IMG/VR virus record: IMGVR_UViG_3300032516_000003
Span: 65,341-129,340 of that record
Reading direction: 5' to 3' (one strand)
From: a virus
Length of the DNA: 64,000 nt
Part shown: one piece after another, positions 39,115 to 48,307 of the stretch
How the letters are laid out: the number at the start of each line of letters is the position of its first letter
Position numbering within the stretch: the stretch's first letter is position 1
Made by a program: the position numbers and the translations under genes
The notes under the pieces: model-generated
What the model was told of the DNA's origin: nothing
Database searches by the model: none
What the model saw: only the letters and a program-made list of their open reading frames with translations

Positions 39115-40248
39115 TTATGCCCGAGCCACGAGTCGCTGCATCACACGACCGGCCATAGCCTCATACTCGAAGCGGCGGTCCATGTCGTCGCTGTCCTGCG
39201 CCGCCCTGGTGATGGCCTGGAGGATTCCGTACCCGTCACCGAGTGGCTCCTCCTCGTACTTCTTGATCGCCAGGTCGATGAACTTCTTCGGCGCCTCCAG
39301 CTTCTTCAGCTCCTCGGAAATGACCAGGTTCGGCTGGTCGATGACCACGTCGTGTAGCTTGGTGAGGTTCTGTCGGGTGTGCTCCCAGCGAACCGGCACC
39401 TTCTCGAACACCTTCTTTAGCAGCGAGTCGAGCTCGCTGTTCGCGATGGGGCGGTGTTGCCGGTATAGCAGGCGGCTGTCACCGGTGGTGACCATCATGC
39501 CGTTGAGGCAGATGAGTCGGAAGCTGAACTCATCGATGGTGATGGCCGTGAAGCCGACCTCCGAGTTGCGCAGATGGAAGCCGGGGTATACGTAGTCGGC
39601 GGCGGGCAGCGTGCCCAGGCGCTCGGCCATGTCGTAGCCGTGCCGCACCCGCTCGTCCGCGTGCTGCCGGTCGATGGGGCCCATGTCGAGCGGCGATCCG
39701 ACCATGGTGTAGTGGTTGCAGTGGTCATTGCCCCAGCTCGACTTCTTGCTGAGATGGTTGGGCATGAATTTCAGCCCCTCCAGATCGCCGCAGAACTGCT
39801 TCTCCAGCCGATCGAAGACTCGCTCGTCGTCGATGGGGTGGAAGGTCGGGCCAACTACCGCCCGGATGTAGCCGTCGCAGCCGGGTACGCCTGGGGTGCC
39901 GGGACGGAAGCGGCAGGTGCGGAGCTGGCGGATGTCCTTCTCCTGGATGAAGCGCCGCTGGATCTCTTCCTGCACCTGGGTGTAGCTGACCTTCTTCAGG
40001 TCGAACCATTTGTCCCAGTGCACGCCAAGGATGGTGCCCAGCTGCTTCTTGGCCCATTCGGTCATGTTGTAGGTCCCCTGGTTGGGGATCTCGATGTTCA
40101 GCTCGGGCGTGACGCGGAGCTTGTCGATCTCTATGAGCACATCCGGGTTCTGGAGCGCGTGCTGTTCGGCGACGTGTTGGCGCACCTCGTCAAACTTGCG
40201 CAGGTCCTTCCGTTCCTCGATCGGAAGCCCTCTCCTCATCAGTGCCAT
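39115..40248 (-). CDS. DUF932-like phage/plasmid protein
   Basis: FRLICLNGMMVTTGDSRLLYRQH resembles the DUF932 R..VC.NG signature. Start chosen at MALMRRG; the longer ORF runs to 40398. Confidence 0.4.
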   Translation of the reverse strand: MALMRRGLPIEERKDLRKFDEVRQHVAEQHALQNPDVLIEIDKLRVTPELNIEIPNQGTYNMTEWAKKQLGTILGVHWDKWFDLKKVSYTQVQEEIQRRFIQEKDIRQLRTCRFRPGTPGVPGCDGYIRAVVGPTFHPIDDERVFDRLEKQFCGDLEGLKFMPNHLSKKSSWGNDHCNHYTMVGSPLDMGPIDRQHADERVRHGYDMAERLGTLPAADYVYPGFHLRNSEVGFTAITIDEFSFRLICLNGMMVTTGDSRLLYRQHRPIANSELDSLLKKVFEKVPVRWEHTRQNLTKLHDVVIDQPNLVISEELKKLEAPKKFIDLAIKKYEEEPLGDGYGILQAITRAAQDSDDMDRRFEYEAMAGRVMQRLVARA

Positions 40249-40540
40249 GTGAATCCTCCTTGTTGACGTTGAAGTGTCGGGGTAGTAGGTCTTCTTCCAT
40301 GGACTCGAATAGCGTCCGGAGGAGCTCGTAGGTCTTGGCAGACCAGTTGTTGGGATACGCCGTGCACTTGCCGTGGGTCTGGATGTTGCGCGGCCCATCA
40401 GGGTCGCCTTCCTGCATCGGCGTGATCTGGGCGAGGGCGTAGGTGGCGTCCATCTTCAGCACCAGGATGTTGGTCGCGTCGATACGCGCCTCCATGATGT
40501 GGACGCCATTCACGAACGAGGTCGCACCGGCGATCTTCAC
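40190..40540 (-). CDS. hypothetical protein
   Basis: 116-aa ORF. Confidence 0.35.
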   Translation of the reverse strand: MKIAGATSFVNGVHIMEARIDATNILVLKMDATYALAQITPMQEGDPDGPRNIQTHGKCTAYPNNWSAKTYELLRTLFESMEEDLLPRHFNVNKEDSHGTDEERASDRGTEGPAQV

Positions 40541-40890
40541 TTCACGTCCTCCACGAACTTCTTGATGTAGAGGTCCATGTCTTCACAACCGGCCACTGCC
40601 AGCTTCTCGGCCATCTTCCCAGCCTCCTCCGCTGCCTGGCCGATGGCGTCGTACTCTTGGGCGCAGCTGAGTGTGACAGTCATGGTGGCCTCAACCGTGA
40701 TGCCGGCCTCTCTGGTGCTGAACCAGTGCTTGAAGCCTCTGGTAGCCGCCACTGAGGCGTCACCCGGAGGGATGTCCACCGGGTGGTCGTCCGAGTAGTC
40801 CTTGCGCTTCTCGACCCGTTCGTCAGTCTTGTTGGTGCGAGTAGCGGAGCCGCTGGCGTGTGCCGTCTGCCTGGGCCGTGGGAGCTTCAT
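40537..40890 (-). CDS. hypothetical protein
   Basis: 117-aa ORF, coupled to its neighbours. Confidence 0.4.
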   Translation of the reverse strand: MKLPRPRQTAHASGSATRTNKTDERVEKRKDYSDDHPVDIPPGDASVAATRGFKHWFSTREAGITVEATMTVTLSCAQEYDAIGQAAEEAGKMAEKLAVAGCEDMDLYIKKFVEDVK

Positions 40891-41369
40891 GACTGCACCG
40901 GGAGGGCCGGGATGAAGTACGGCTTCGGCGTGCCAGGCAGTGCAGAGGGGTTCTGCTCCTCCTCCTTGTAGGCGCGGCGCACCAGGTTGTTGTCCACCTC
41001 ACCTTGCCGGCATAGCTGTTCCAGCCGGGTCTCGTTGACCTCGTAGACGATCTTCTCGGTGAGGACTTCATCCGCCTGGTCGCTGGGCAGCAGCTTCGCC
41101 AGGATGTCGGCGTCGTACCAGCGCTTGTACTTCTTCTGCGCACCGATGCCACCGAGGATCAGCTTGTCTGAGTCGGAGCGGCGCAGCTCGTTCTTCACCG
41201 ACCGCACAGCTTCATCCAGACGCTCATTGAAGTTGGTGATCAACTGGTTGTACTGCTCGAAGACTGGCCGCGTCTCCGGGTCGTTCAGCAGGTCGTTGAG
41301 CTCGGCCTCGGCCTCGCGAAAGGCCGTGACAGCCTGCTCAGCCGGATTCTTGTTCAGTTGCCTTGCCAT
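40887..41369 (-). CDS. hypothetical helical protein
   Basis: Start at MARQLNK with GGAG 8 nt upstream. Confidence 0.4.
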   Translation of the reverse strand: MARQLNKNPAEQAVTAFREAEAELNDLLNDPETRPVFEQYNQLITNFNERLDEAVRSVKNELRRSDSDKLILGGIGAQKKYKRWYDADILAKLLPSDQADEVLTEKIVYEVNETRLEQLCRQGEVDNNLVRRAYKEEEQNPSALPGTPKPYFIPALPVQS

Positions 41370-42114
41370 GGATGATCTCCTCTCGGTCGACTTCAATCCC
41401 GTAGTAGGCGGACCGTAGGTGGTCGACGATCTTGCAAGCCAGTACGAAGTCCCGCGCTGATTTGCCCCACGCTCCATCCTCTCTCCGGTCGAACGTACGC
41501 AGGAGAAAGGCCGTGTGGTAGACCGGCATCACCGTGTAGCGGATGGGTACGTGTCGGCCCTCGATGGTGGCGGCATACAGCTTGCCGTGCATGTTATCCA
41601 CGGTGGAGATCTTGCCCAGCAGTGCTGCCGCCGGCACCTTGCCCACCGCGATGATCAGCAGCGGGTCGACGATGTAGATGGTCTCCAGTAGCCGCCGCCG
41701 ACAGGCCTCACGCTCGGGCTTGGAGGGTGGGCGATTCTCGATGCGATTCTTGCCATCCTCACCACGTACCTCCTGGGTAGGACGGCAGGCCGCAGTGTTG
41801 GTGATGTAGAGGTCCTGCTCACGATCCCAGCCGACTGCCTGGATGAGATCGTTCAGGACGTCGCCGGAATCGCCCACGAAGGGCTCGCCAGTCTCATCCT
41901 CCTCCTTGCCCGGCGCTTCGCCGACGATCAGCACGTCGGCGTCGGGGTTGCCAGTACCAAACACCACGTTGGTCCGGGTCTGGCACAGCTCGCAACGCTG
42001 GCAGTCGATCCAGTCTTTGCGGAGGTTGGCGAGCAGCTCTTCCTTCCGTTCCAGCGTCCTCTGCCGTTCCTGCCCTTGCCGGCGTTCCAGCTCGCTCAGC
42101 TCCGCCCCACTCAT
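41338..42114 (-). CDS. uracil-DNA glycosylase, family 4
   Basis: [54 protein letters not shown] matches the family-4 UDG signature. Confidence 0.7.
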   Translation of the reverse strand: MSGAELSELERRQGQERQRTLERKEELLANLRKDWIDCQRCELCQTRTNVVFGTGNPDADVLIVGEAPGKEEDETGEPFVGDSGDVLNDLIQAVGWDREQDLYITNTAACRPTQEVRGEDGKNRIENRPPSKPEREACRRRLLETIYIVDPLLIIAVGKVPAAALLGKISTVDNMHGKLYAATIEGRHVPIRYTVMPVYHTAFLLRTFDRREDGAWGKSARDFVLACKIVDHLRSAYYGIEVDREEIIHGKATEQESG

Positions 42115-42551
42115 TCGACCAGCCTCCCGAGCTTCGGCCGGGCGACGACTAGACCAGCCGCCTTGGCCCGGTGCTCCTGTTCGTTCCGCTCACACGAGGC
42201 GATGCTCTGCACCAGCTTGTCGAAGTCGCCGTCGTTCTGGCCGGCCCAGTAGTACATGGTCGGCTTGATGCGTAGCATGATCGCGCAGTTCGACATGCCG
42301 AGCGACATGACGCTGTTGTTGACCCCGATCCCCTCGGGGGTGGGCACCATGATGGTCCGAATGCACCGGCACTCGTACACGGTGACGTAGCCGTCGTCGT
42401 CCGGGAGCAGCCGCAGTTCCTTGCCGATTCGTGGGTACTCGACGATCTTGCACTTGTCCTGTGGCACCTTGCCCACATAGAGCATCTGTGGCGTGCCATC
42501 GGAGAGCACGAAGAGCTGGGCGTTCACTGACGTGTTTTCTTGATCGTTCAC
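42111..42551 (-). CDS. hypothetical protein, GTG start overlapping the helicase stop (GTGA) with AGGAGG
   Basis: AGGAGGACAACAAGTGA. 146 aa. No motifs recognised. Confidence 0.45.
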   Translation of the reverse strand: MNDQENTSVNAQLFVLSDGTPQMLYVGKVPQDKCKIVEYPRIGKELRLLPDDDGYVTVYECRCIRTIMVPTPEGIGVNNSVMSLGMSNCAIMLRIKPTMYYWAGQNDGDFDKLVQSIASCERNEQEHRAKAAGLVVARPKLGRLVE

Positions 42552-43993
42552 TTGTTGTCCTCCTGGTATGACCGGATGATGGTGAACTCCAGCGGCCCGC
42601 CTTGGTCCTTCGGCCACTGAGCCAGGCGCCGTTTGAGCGTGGTGCACATCTTGTGGAACTTGGGGATGAAGATGTGATCAATGATGACCACGATCGGCTG
42701 CTTCTTGTCCTTCCGGAAGCGCAGGATGCGCCCCATCCCCTGTTGCAGGGTGTTGGCCCCGCCGTCGTCGATGTCGGCTCGACCGAAGGGCGTGAGGAAG
42801 AACAGCGTGTCCAGACTGGCCTCATCCAGCGCCTCGCGAACGAGCTGGAGGGTGCCAAAGCTGATCTGCTTGTTCCTCAACGTCTCGATACGGGCGGCTG
42901 GTCGCTCCTTGCCCGTGCACAGGCCAGAGTCACCAAACATCCCGTGTAGTAGTCGTAGCTGCTCGACACTGTGGCTGAGGGCCAGGATCTTCCTCCCGGC
43001 CGCCAGTGGCTTGCGGAGCTTCTCGGCGATGAAGTCGTTCCCCTCAGGCAGCCGCCCTAGATACGTGCGCAGCTTGGGGATGCTCAGCTTGCCGCCCTTG
43101 TCTGTGACTTCATGAAGCACCGCACGGTCCTTCATGTTGATCTGCACCGGACACATCTGGAAGAAGATGGCCGGCTTGAGCTCCTGCATCAGGTCACGGT
43201 AGTAGATCTGCCCGATGTGGTACTGGTAGATCGTCTCCAGCCCATCTTCCCTGGTGGTCGTCGCCGTCAGTCCATGGCGCTCACCGAAGAACATCGGGGC
43301 GGTCTTCACGAAGAGTGGGGCGCTGAGGTGATGGGCCTCGTCGAAGTACACACCAGCGAAGTAGCGGTCGAATCCCAGCGGCAACTCGTCAGCGCGTAGT
43401 GCCAGCGAATTGATCATGCCGACGACGATGCCACGCCCCTGCCAGTCCCATTCTGCCGGTGGGCCCTGAGCCACTCCGACTCCACCCGGGACGTCGAGGA
43501 ATTCAGCGATGCGCTCCTGCCACTGATCGATAAGCGTCGTATTGTTCACCACTACGAGGGCCGGCATCTTGCGACAGGCAATGTGATGCAACGCGATGTT
43601 AGTCTTGCCCCGACCACATGCCAGATTCAGTAGCCCGCCACGGGACGCCCTCATGGCCGCGAAAGCATCACGCTGCAGGTGCTTGTCCGGCTCCTGCTTA
43701 TCCAGCACTACCCGGCTGCGGAACTCTACCCGGGGATACTGTTCAGGCCCGACGTCGATGATCGGGAACGGCAGGTTGTTGTACTGTCGCGCGGGGACGT
43801 ACTCGCGGGGGACGATCAGGTGGGTGTCGTTCTCAGACCACAGCTGGATGTACTTGATCCCGTCTGCGTCCATGACGGGAAACTCCAACCCGCGCTTGAT
43901 CGACCTGGTGTTGATGAGGGACTTGGGGAGCCAGAGCTGGCGGCCGTAGTAGCCTTTGTCCGACTCCCTGCGGACGAACCGCAGATCAGCCAT
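42548..43993 (-). CDS. SF2 DEAH-box DNA helicase
   Basis: LACGRGKT (motif I), FDEAHH (motif II), LTATT (motif III), QQGMGRILR (motif VI). The start has AGGAGG. Confidence 0.7.
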   Translation of the reverse strand: MADLRFVRRESDKGYYGRQLWLPKSLINTRSIKRGLEFPVMDADGIKYIQLWSENDTHLIVPREYVPARQYNNLPFPIIDVGPEQYPRVEFRSRVVLDKQEPDKHLQRDAFAAMRASRGGLLNLACGRGKTNIALHHIACRKMPALVVVNNTTLIDQWQERIAEFLDVPGGVGVAQGPPAEWDWQGRGIVVGMINSLALRADELPLGFDRYFAGVYFDEAHHLSAPLFVKTAPMFFGERHGLTATTTREDGLETIYQYHIGQIYYRDLMQELKPAIFFQMCPVQINMKDRAVLHEVTDKGGKLSIPKLRTYLGRLPEGNDFIAEKLRKPLAAGRKILALSHSVEQLRLLHGMFGDSGLCTGKERPAARIETLRNKQISFGTLQLVREALDEASLDTLFFLTPFGRADIDDGGANTLQQGMGRILRFRKDKKQPIVVIIDHIFIPKFHKMCTTLKRRLAQWPKDQGGPLEFTIIRSYQEDNK

Positions 43994-44036
43994 TGAAGCC
44001 TCCTACCTGGCAGTGCTCCCGCGCCTGGTAAGCCCT

Positions 44037-44065
44037 GTTGTACATACGTTGTGGGGCCAAGTCAA
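44037..44065 (-). promoter_or_regulatory. sigma70-like promoter candidate (TTGACT -17- TACAAC) upstream of the SF2 helicase
   Basis: Hexamers found on the minus strand in the 68-nt gap. Confidence 0.3.
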
Positions 44066-44556
44066 GCCACATTCAAGTAACGTGCCGCCCTCCTTAGAAG
44101 TTCGGGGTTATCTCTGAAGTATCCTATGCCGTGGTTGCAGGCATGGCAGAGCAAGCCGCGAATGCGCCCAGTCCTATGATCGTGGTCAATGTGGAGCTTG
44201 CCCCACCTCTTTTCGGGTTGGTGCGGAGCCTTGCATAAGGCACATCGGTTGCGCTGTTTCTTGAGAAGCTGCTCGTAGGCTTCTGGAGTGAGACCGTACC
44301 TCTTCAGCCATGTCCTGTGAGACATGGCCTTGACCCGATCTGGGTGGGCGTCATCCCACTCCCGCTTCTTGACGGTGCCGTATCCCGGGTGTCTAGCCCT
44401 CCAGTTGCGTGTGTAATTCAGGCAGCGCTCACAGGCGGCGAAGCCGTTCGGCTCCTTTGTATGCCCGCACCACCTACAGCGCTTACTTGATTCTGTAGGA
44501 GCGCCAGAAACTGTACATCTCCCAGAATGTGCCACGAAGGGCGCCGGCAGCAGCAT
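44062..44556 (-). CDS. endonuclease VII-family resolvase with extra N-terminal zinc-binding region
   Basis: CALCKAPHQ...KLHIDHDHRTGRIRGLLCHACNHGIGYF matches T4 endo VII (CLICQ...HLDHDHELNG..GKVRGLLCNLCN). Confidence 0.65.
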   Translation of the reverse strand: MLLPAPFVAHSGRCTVSGAPTESSKRCRWCGHTKEPNGFAACERCLNYTRNWRARHPGYGTVKKREWDDAHPDRVKAMSHRTWLKRYGLTPEAYEQLLKKQRNRCALCKAPHQPEKRWGKLHIDHDHRTGRIRGLLCHACNHGIGYFRDNPELLRRAARYLNVA

Positions 44557-44845
44557 CCTTCAAGAAGCGTTCGATGGGCTTTTCATGCTCCTCCACCTGG
44601 CCGCCTTCATACCGGCCGACCACTCCATCGTCACGGCGACCACTGCCGGTCACCCGAATGCTGGTGCCACTACCGCTGCTGCTGCTTCCTCGCTCGGCCC
44701 GGCTCTCCCGCTCGATCGAGGCGGCGCAGGAATGGCGGAATCGACAGCCGGAGCACTCGCTGTCACTGGGGTCGAAGGACCGCTCATTGCCCCAGCAGTT
44801 GGGCTTCTGAGCGGCCGTTGATCTGAGGTACTCTGCGTAGCTCAA
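44483..44845 (-). CDS. Cys-containing hypothetical protein
   Basis: 120-aa ORF and the first gene of the minus block. It overlaps endo VII by 74 nt, so one of the two starts is probably internal. Confidence 0.3.
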   Translation of the reverse strand: MSYAEYLRSTAAQKPNCWGNERSFDPSDSECSGCRFRHSCAASIERESRAERGSSSSGSGTSIRVTGSGRRDDGVVGRYEGGQVEEHEKPIERFLKDAAAGALRGTFWEMYSFWRSYRIK

Positions 44846-44884
44846 GTTGGCCTCCTTTCATGGGGCGTGCTTGGGGGTTCAGAA

Positions 44885-44921
44885 CAAGGAGCTTATGCCA
44901 CCGAACCTGCCAGAGTTGCGG
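44885..44921 (+). promoter_or_regulatory. conserved 37-nt motif, copy 1 (caaggagCTTATGCCACCGAAcctgccaGAGTTGCgg)
   Basis: 28/37 identical to 55881-55917, including an identical 14-mer. Lies in the divergent intergenic region. Confidence 0.4.
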
Positions 44922-44923
44922 GG

Positions 44924-44953
44924 TTGACCCAGGGGTAGGTACATGGGTACTAT
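44924..44953 (+). promoter_or_regulatory. sigma70-like promoter candidate (TTGACC -18- TACTAT)
   Basis: Immediately downstream of motif copy 1, 24 nt before ATG 44977. Confidence 0.35.
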
Positions 44954-44976
44954 CGGGAGATCGCGAGAGGGACACC

Positions 44977-46185
44977 ATGCAGACTGGCCAAGTGCTGGAC
45001 TTCTACGATGACCCGACCGGCATGGTCCTGAAGACCAAGCTGGCCTATGGGCAGCTCCCGGAATTCATCAAGACAGCCCAGCACCTGGACGAGGCAGCCC
45101 GGGAGAGGCTGCCAGATGACGTCTTCGCCTTGATCATGGTGGACCAGGGCCAGCCCTTCCGGAAGTACGCCTGCCAGGACCAGGGCAACACTGCTCTCAG
45201 CGTCATCTACTTCCTGGAGAACCACCACAAGCTGCCCGAGGAGGCCCAGAAGGTGGCTGCGGCCAACCTCCTCACGGCCTGTGGCTGGTACGACCTGGAG
45301 CCCCCGGCGCAGCTCCACAAGCTGGCCGCTGGTAGCAAGGTGAAGCGCTCTGAACTGGTGGGCTCAGAGATCATGCCCAAGTCCGGTCCCGAGAAGCAGG
45401 CGGCAGGAGACGAAGGCAACCCCGATCAGAGCACCCAGAATCCCGGCCGGGAAGAGCCATCCAAGCTGGGCTCCGCCCGCTACGTGGATGTGACTGGCCT
45501 GTCGTCTCCAGTCCGCTTGGTCGACCAGAAGGCCGAGCGATACGGGCTGGTCAAGGAGGGCGCGGCCAGGTTCCCGCTCGACGGCTATGGCGAGGTCAAG
45601 CAAGCGTCGGCCTGGTTCGATGAGTACCACCAGAGCCTGCACCCAGCCGACCGGCACGAGTTCGCCACCAAGCTGGCGGCCCGCGCCAATGAGCTGGACA
45701 TCAAGGTCTCGGACCTGATCAAGAAGTACGGCTCGACCGACTACGCCCCGAGTGGTGAGGTCAACCTCGCCATCCACACCCGCATGCAGCACTGGGCCGA
45801 GGATGCGCCCGAGCGGGACATGCTCAAGGGGCTGATGGGCAAGTATGCCAGCGTCCAGCCCGAGGTCTTCTGTGAGGCGCTGCGCCAGTTCGACGAGCTG
45901 CACGACCTCGACCGCGAGTGGGACGAGACGATCTACGATCCCTGGTACTCTACCTACGGCTTCGACAAGACGGCCGAGGAGTGGGTCTTCTCCCATGCGG
46001 GGGAGAGGATCACCAGCGAGCAGCTGCGCAACTTCGCCAAGAGCGAGCGCTACTGCAAGATCAAGCACATGTTCGGCGATGAGCTGGCGGATGGGCTGAA
46101 GAAGAACCCCGAGAAGATCTTCGATTCCCTTCCGCTGGACTCCAAGCGTATCATCATGCGACTGGCTGCCGATCCGCAGCCCTAA
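44977..46185 (+). CDS. hypothetical virion-module protein (403 aa)
   Basis: The first gene of the second plus-strand block, starting MQTGQV. No motifs recognised. Confidence 0.5.
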   Translation: MQTGQVLDFYDDPTGMVLKTKLAYGQLPEFIKTAQHLDEAARERLPDDVFALIMVDQGQPFRKYACQDQGNTALSVIYFLENHHKLPEEAQKVAAANLLTACGWYDLEPPAQLHKLAAGSKVKRSELVGSEIMPKSGPEKQAAGDEGNPDQSTQNPGREEPSKLGSARYVDVTGLSSPVRLVDQKAERYGLVKEGAARFPLDGYGEVKQASAWFDEYHQSLHPADRHEFATKLAARANELDIKVSDLIKKYGSTDYAPSGEVNLAIHTRMQHWAEDAPERDMLKGLMGKYASVQPEVFCEALRQFDELHDLDREWDETIYDPWYSTYGFDKTAEEWVFSHAGERITSEQLRNFAKSERYCKIKHMFGDELADGLKKNPEKIFDSLPLDSKRIIMRLAADPQP

Positions 46186-46200
46186 GGCAAGGAGAGAGCA

Positions 46201-47241
46201 ATGAAGCAGAGCAAGTCTTTCGGAGCGGAGCGTGCGTTTCGGCAGCACATCCTCATGGGGCATGGGCTGGCGAGGGAGGTCGTTGACCTCCGTGCTGACG
46301 TAGAGGAAGGTTTCCAGAACAACGAGGCACGGGCCAGCTTCCCGCACCTCGACTGGCTGGATGCCACGACTGGTGTCCTGCTGGCAGCGGGTGGCCCGAT
46401 CAAGCTGTTGGGCCGCAACCTGTGGCAGGATCAGACCTTCGACACACTGACCCTGGGCACGGGCACTGCCGGCGTCATCTTCACGATGCTCAAGCCAGGT
46501 GACAGCAACACCTTCGTCAAGATCGTGCAGGGTGCGGGCGGTAGCGCCACGGCAGCCTTTGACGCCAACACCAAGTCCCACCACACCTTCGCGAGCGCCC
46601 ACATTGACACAGTGGTGCGGGCAGTCACGGCAGGTCCTGCTGGTGATGGCCTCCTCGTCGCACTGGTCGGCGACTCGCCCACTAGCAGCGGCGTGCTGAT
46701 CGAGGAGTCCGGCAAGCACATCTACATCCACTACGAGGTGGGTGTCTCCACGCGCGCCAACGTCGAGACGGCCATTGGTGCCAGCGCGACTCTGATCGAG
46801 GTCGCCACGGCTGGTTCCGCTACTGGCGCCATCACGGCTGCGGAAGCGGTCACTCCGACCAACCTGGTCGGCGGTGGTTGTCAGCTGCTCACGGTCACGC
46901 TCAAGGGCGCCGGCAGCACCGCGACGGAGGTCTGCACGGCAGTCAATGCTGAGGCGACGGCGATCGGCGTCATCTTCGCCAAGGTCCTCAGTGGTGGTAG
47001 TGGCACCGTGCTGGTAGCAGCCGAGACGGCTATGGCCGGTGGTGATGGCCTGTACGCGGGCAACAAGATCTGGGTCGCTGGTGTGGAATGCCTGCCGACG
47101 CAGATGAATGCGGCCTGGACGAACACGGAACTCTACGTGACGGTTCCGGCGCTGACAGGCAAGGCAGCCACCGACCTGGTGAATGTCATGGTCTCCAGCA
47201 ACGGAGTCACCAGCGAGGCGCTCAGCGGCGTCCTGGCATAG
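46201..47241 (+). CDS. Ala/Gly/Thr-rich 346-aa protein, candidate capsid or decoration protein
   Basis: Strong RBS AAGGAGAGAGCA-ATG. The composition is typical of abundant structural proteins. Confidence 0.5.
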   Translation: MKQSKSFGAERAFRQHILMGHGLAREVVDLRADVEEGFQNNEARASFPHLDWLDATTGVLLAAGGPIKLLGRNLWQDQTFDTLTLGTGTAGVIFTMLKPGDSNTFVKIVQGAGGSATAAFDANTKSHHTFASAHIDTVVRAVTAGPAGDGLLVALVGDSPTSSGVLIEESGKHIYIHYEVGVSTRANVETAIGASATLIEVATAGSATGAITAAEAVTPTNLVGGGCQLLTVTLKGAGSTATEVCTAVNAEATAIGVIFAKVLSGGSGTVLVAAETAMAGGDGLYAGNKIWVAGVECLPTQMNAAWTNTELYVTVPALTGKAATDLVNVMVSSNGVTSEALSGVLA

Positions 47242-47277
47242 CCGGTGTCGACCCACAGTAGATGCTGACGCCCAGCT

Positions 47278-47478
47278 TTGCAGGTGGACCACATAGACGG
47301 AGGTGGTACTAGGGAGCGCAGAGGCTGCGGCATGTGGCAGTACTACAAGAGCATGCTGCTGCCTGGAGCCAAAGATCGATACCAGCTGCTCTGCGCCAAC
47401 TGCAACTGGATCAAGCGATACGAAGAAAACGAAGATCGGCGAGGTCGCCTGCAAATAGAGATGGCTACACATGTCTAG
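47278..47478 (+). CDS. mini HNH-motif ORF (possibly a truncated HNH endonuclease)
   Basis: VDHIDGGG...LLCANCNWIK. TTG start. It lacks the usual N-terminal Cys pair. Confidence 0.35.
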   Translation: MQVDHIDGGGTRERRGCGMWQYYKSMLLPGAKDRYQLLCANCNWIKRYEENEDRRGRLQIEMATHV

Positions 47479-48307
47479 CACCGACCATGAACAGCGGCTA
47501 CTCGCCGTCCTCGAAAAGATCGGTCAGGCGGAGGAGCAGGCTGGGCTTCCTCCGCCCATGCCAGAGGCTGCGGGTCCAGCATCAGGAGCCAGCACGACCG
47601 AGCGTGCTGGCGCACCAGATGCGCCTGCGCCGGTCACCCGCAAGAACTTCTTCGCCCACTACGACACGCATCCCGTGGTCTTCGATGTAGCGCTGCTCCA
47701 CAAGTACAACGCGGACTGGTACGGCTGGGAGCCGGCCACCTTGTGGCAGGAGATTCTGGCCGACTTCCACGTGCCTTCAATCAGCGACCACAACAAGGCC
47801 AAGATCCAGGCGATCAGAACGCTGCACATCAACGAGTGGTTCTGGATCCAGTGGGAGGTCTTCAACTGGATCACTCAGGCGCTGAACGGCAACATCCCTG
47901 ACTTCCAGGTCATCCAGAAGCCCACCGTGGCGCAGCTGGTGAACGCGGTGGACATCGCGACACTCGTTCGCGACGGGGAGCAGTTTGGCCCCGAGGTGCA
48001 GATGTACACGGCCGCGGCAATGGCGGACGAGGGTGTGTACCATGCCCCCAAGCCGCTCACCTACTGCCAGGATGAGATCAAGCAGCTACTCGAAGTGACC
48101 CGGGCCGAGCATGTCCAGTCCACGATCCAAGACGTGCGGAATCGCCTGGCTGAGATCATGGCACTCAACGATGCCGACTGGGCCAAGGCAGATCCGATCC
48201 TGCACGAGAACTCAGTCGACATCCAGGTGGCCAAGCTCAAGGTGGCACTCGACTACCTCGGGCTACGACGGCGACAACTCCGGGCGCAGCTAGGACTACT
48301 GCAATGA
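47471..48307 (+). CDS. hypothetical protein
   Basis: 278-aa ORF. Confidence 0.5.
   Translation: MSSTDHEQRLLAVLEKIGQAEEQAGLPPPMPEAAGPASGASTTERAGAPDAPAPVTRKNFFAHYDTHPVVFDVALLHKYNADWYGWEPATLWQEILADFHVPSISDHNKAKIQAIRTLHINEWFWIQWEVFNWITQALNGNIPDFQVIQKPTVAQLVNAVDIATLVRDGEQFGPEVQMYTAAAMADEGVYHAPKPLTYCQDEIKQLLEVTRAEHVQSTIQDVRNRLAEIMALNDADWAKADPILHENSVDIQVAKLKVALDYLGLRRRQLRAQLGLLQ

Noticed and set aside
45364-47481. 705-aa ORF on the minus strand
   Set aside because: It is antisense to two well-supported plus-strand genes with RBSs (44977-46185, 46201-47241). Long shadow ORFs are expected in GC-rich DNA, and the product has no motifs and an odd composition.
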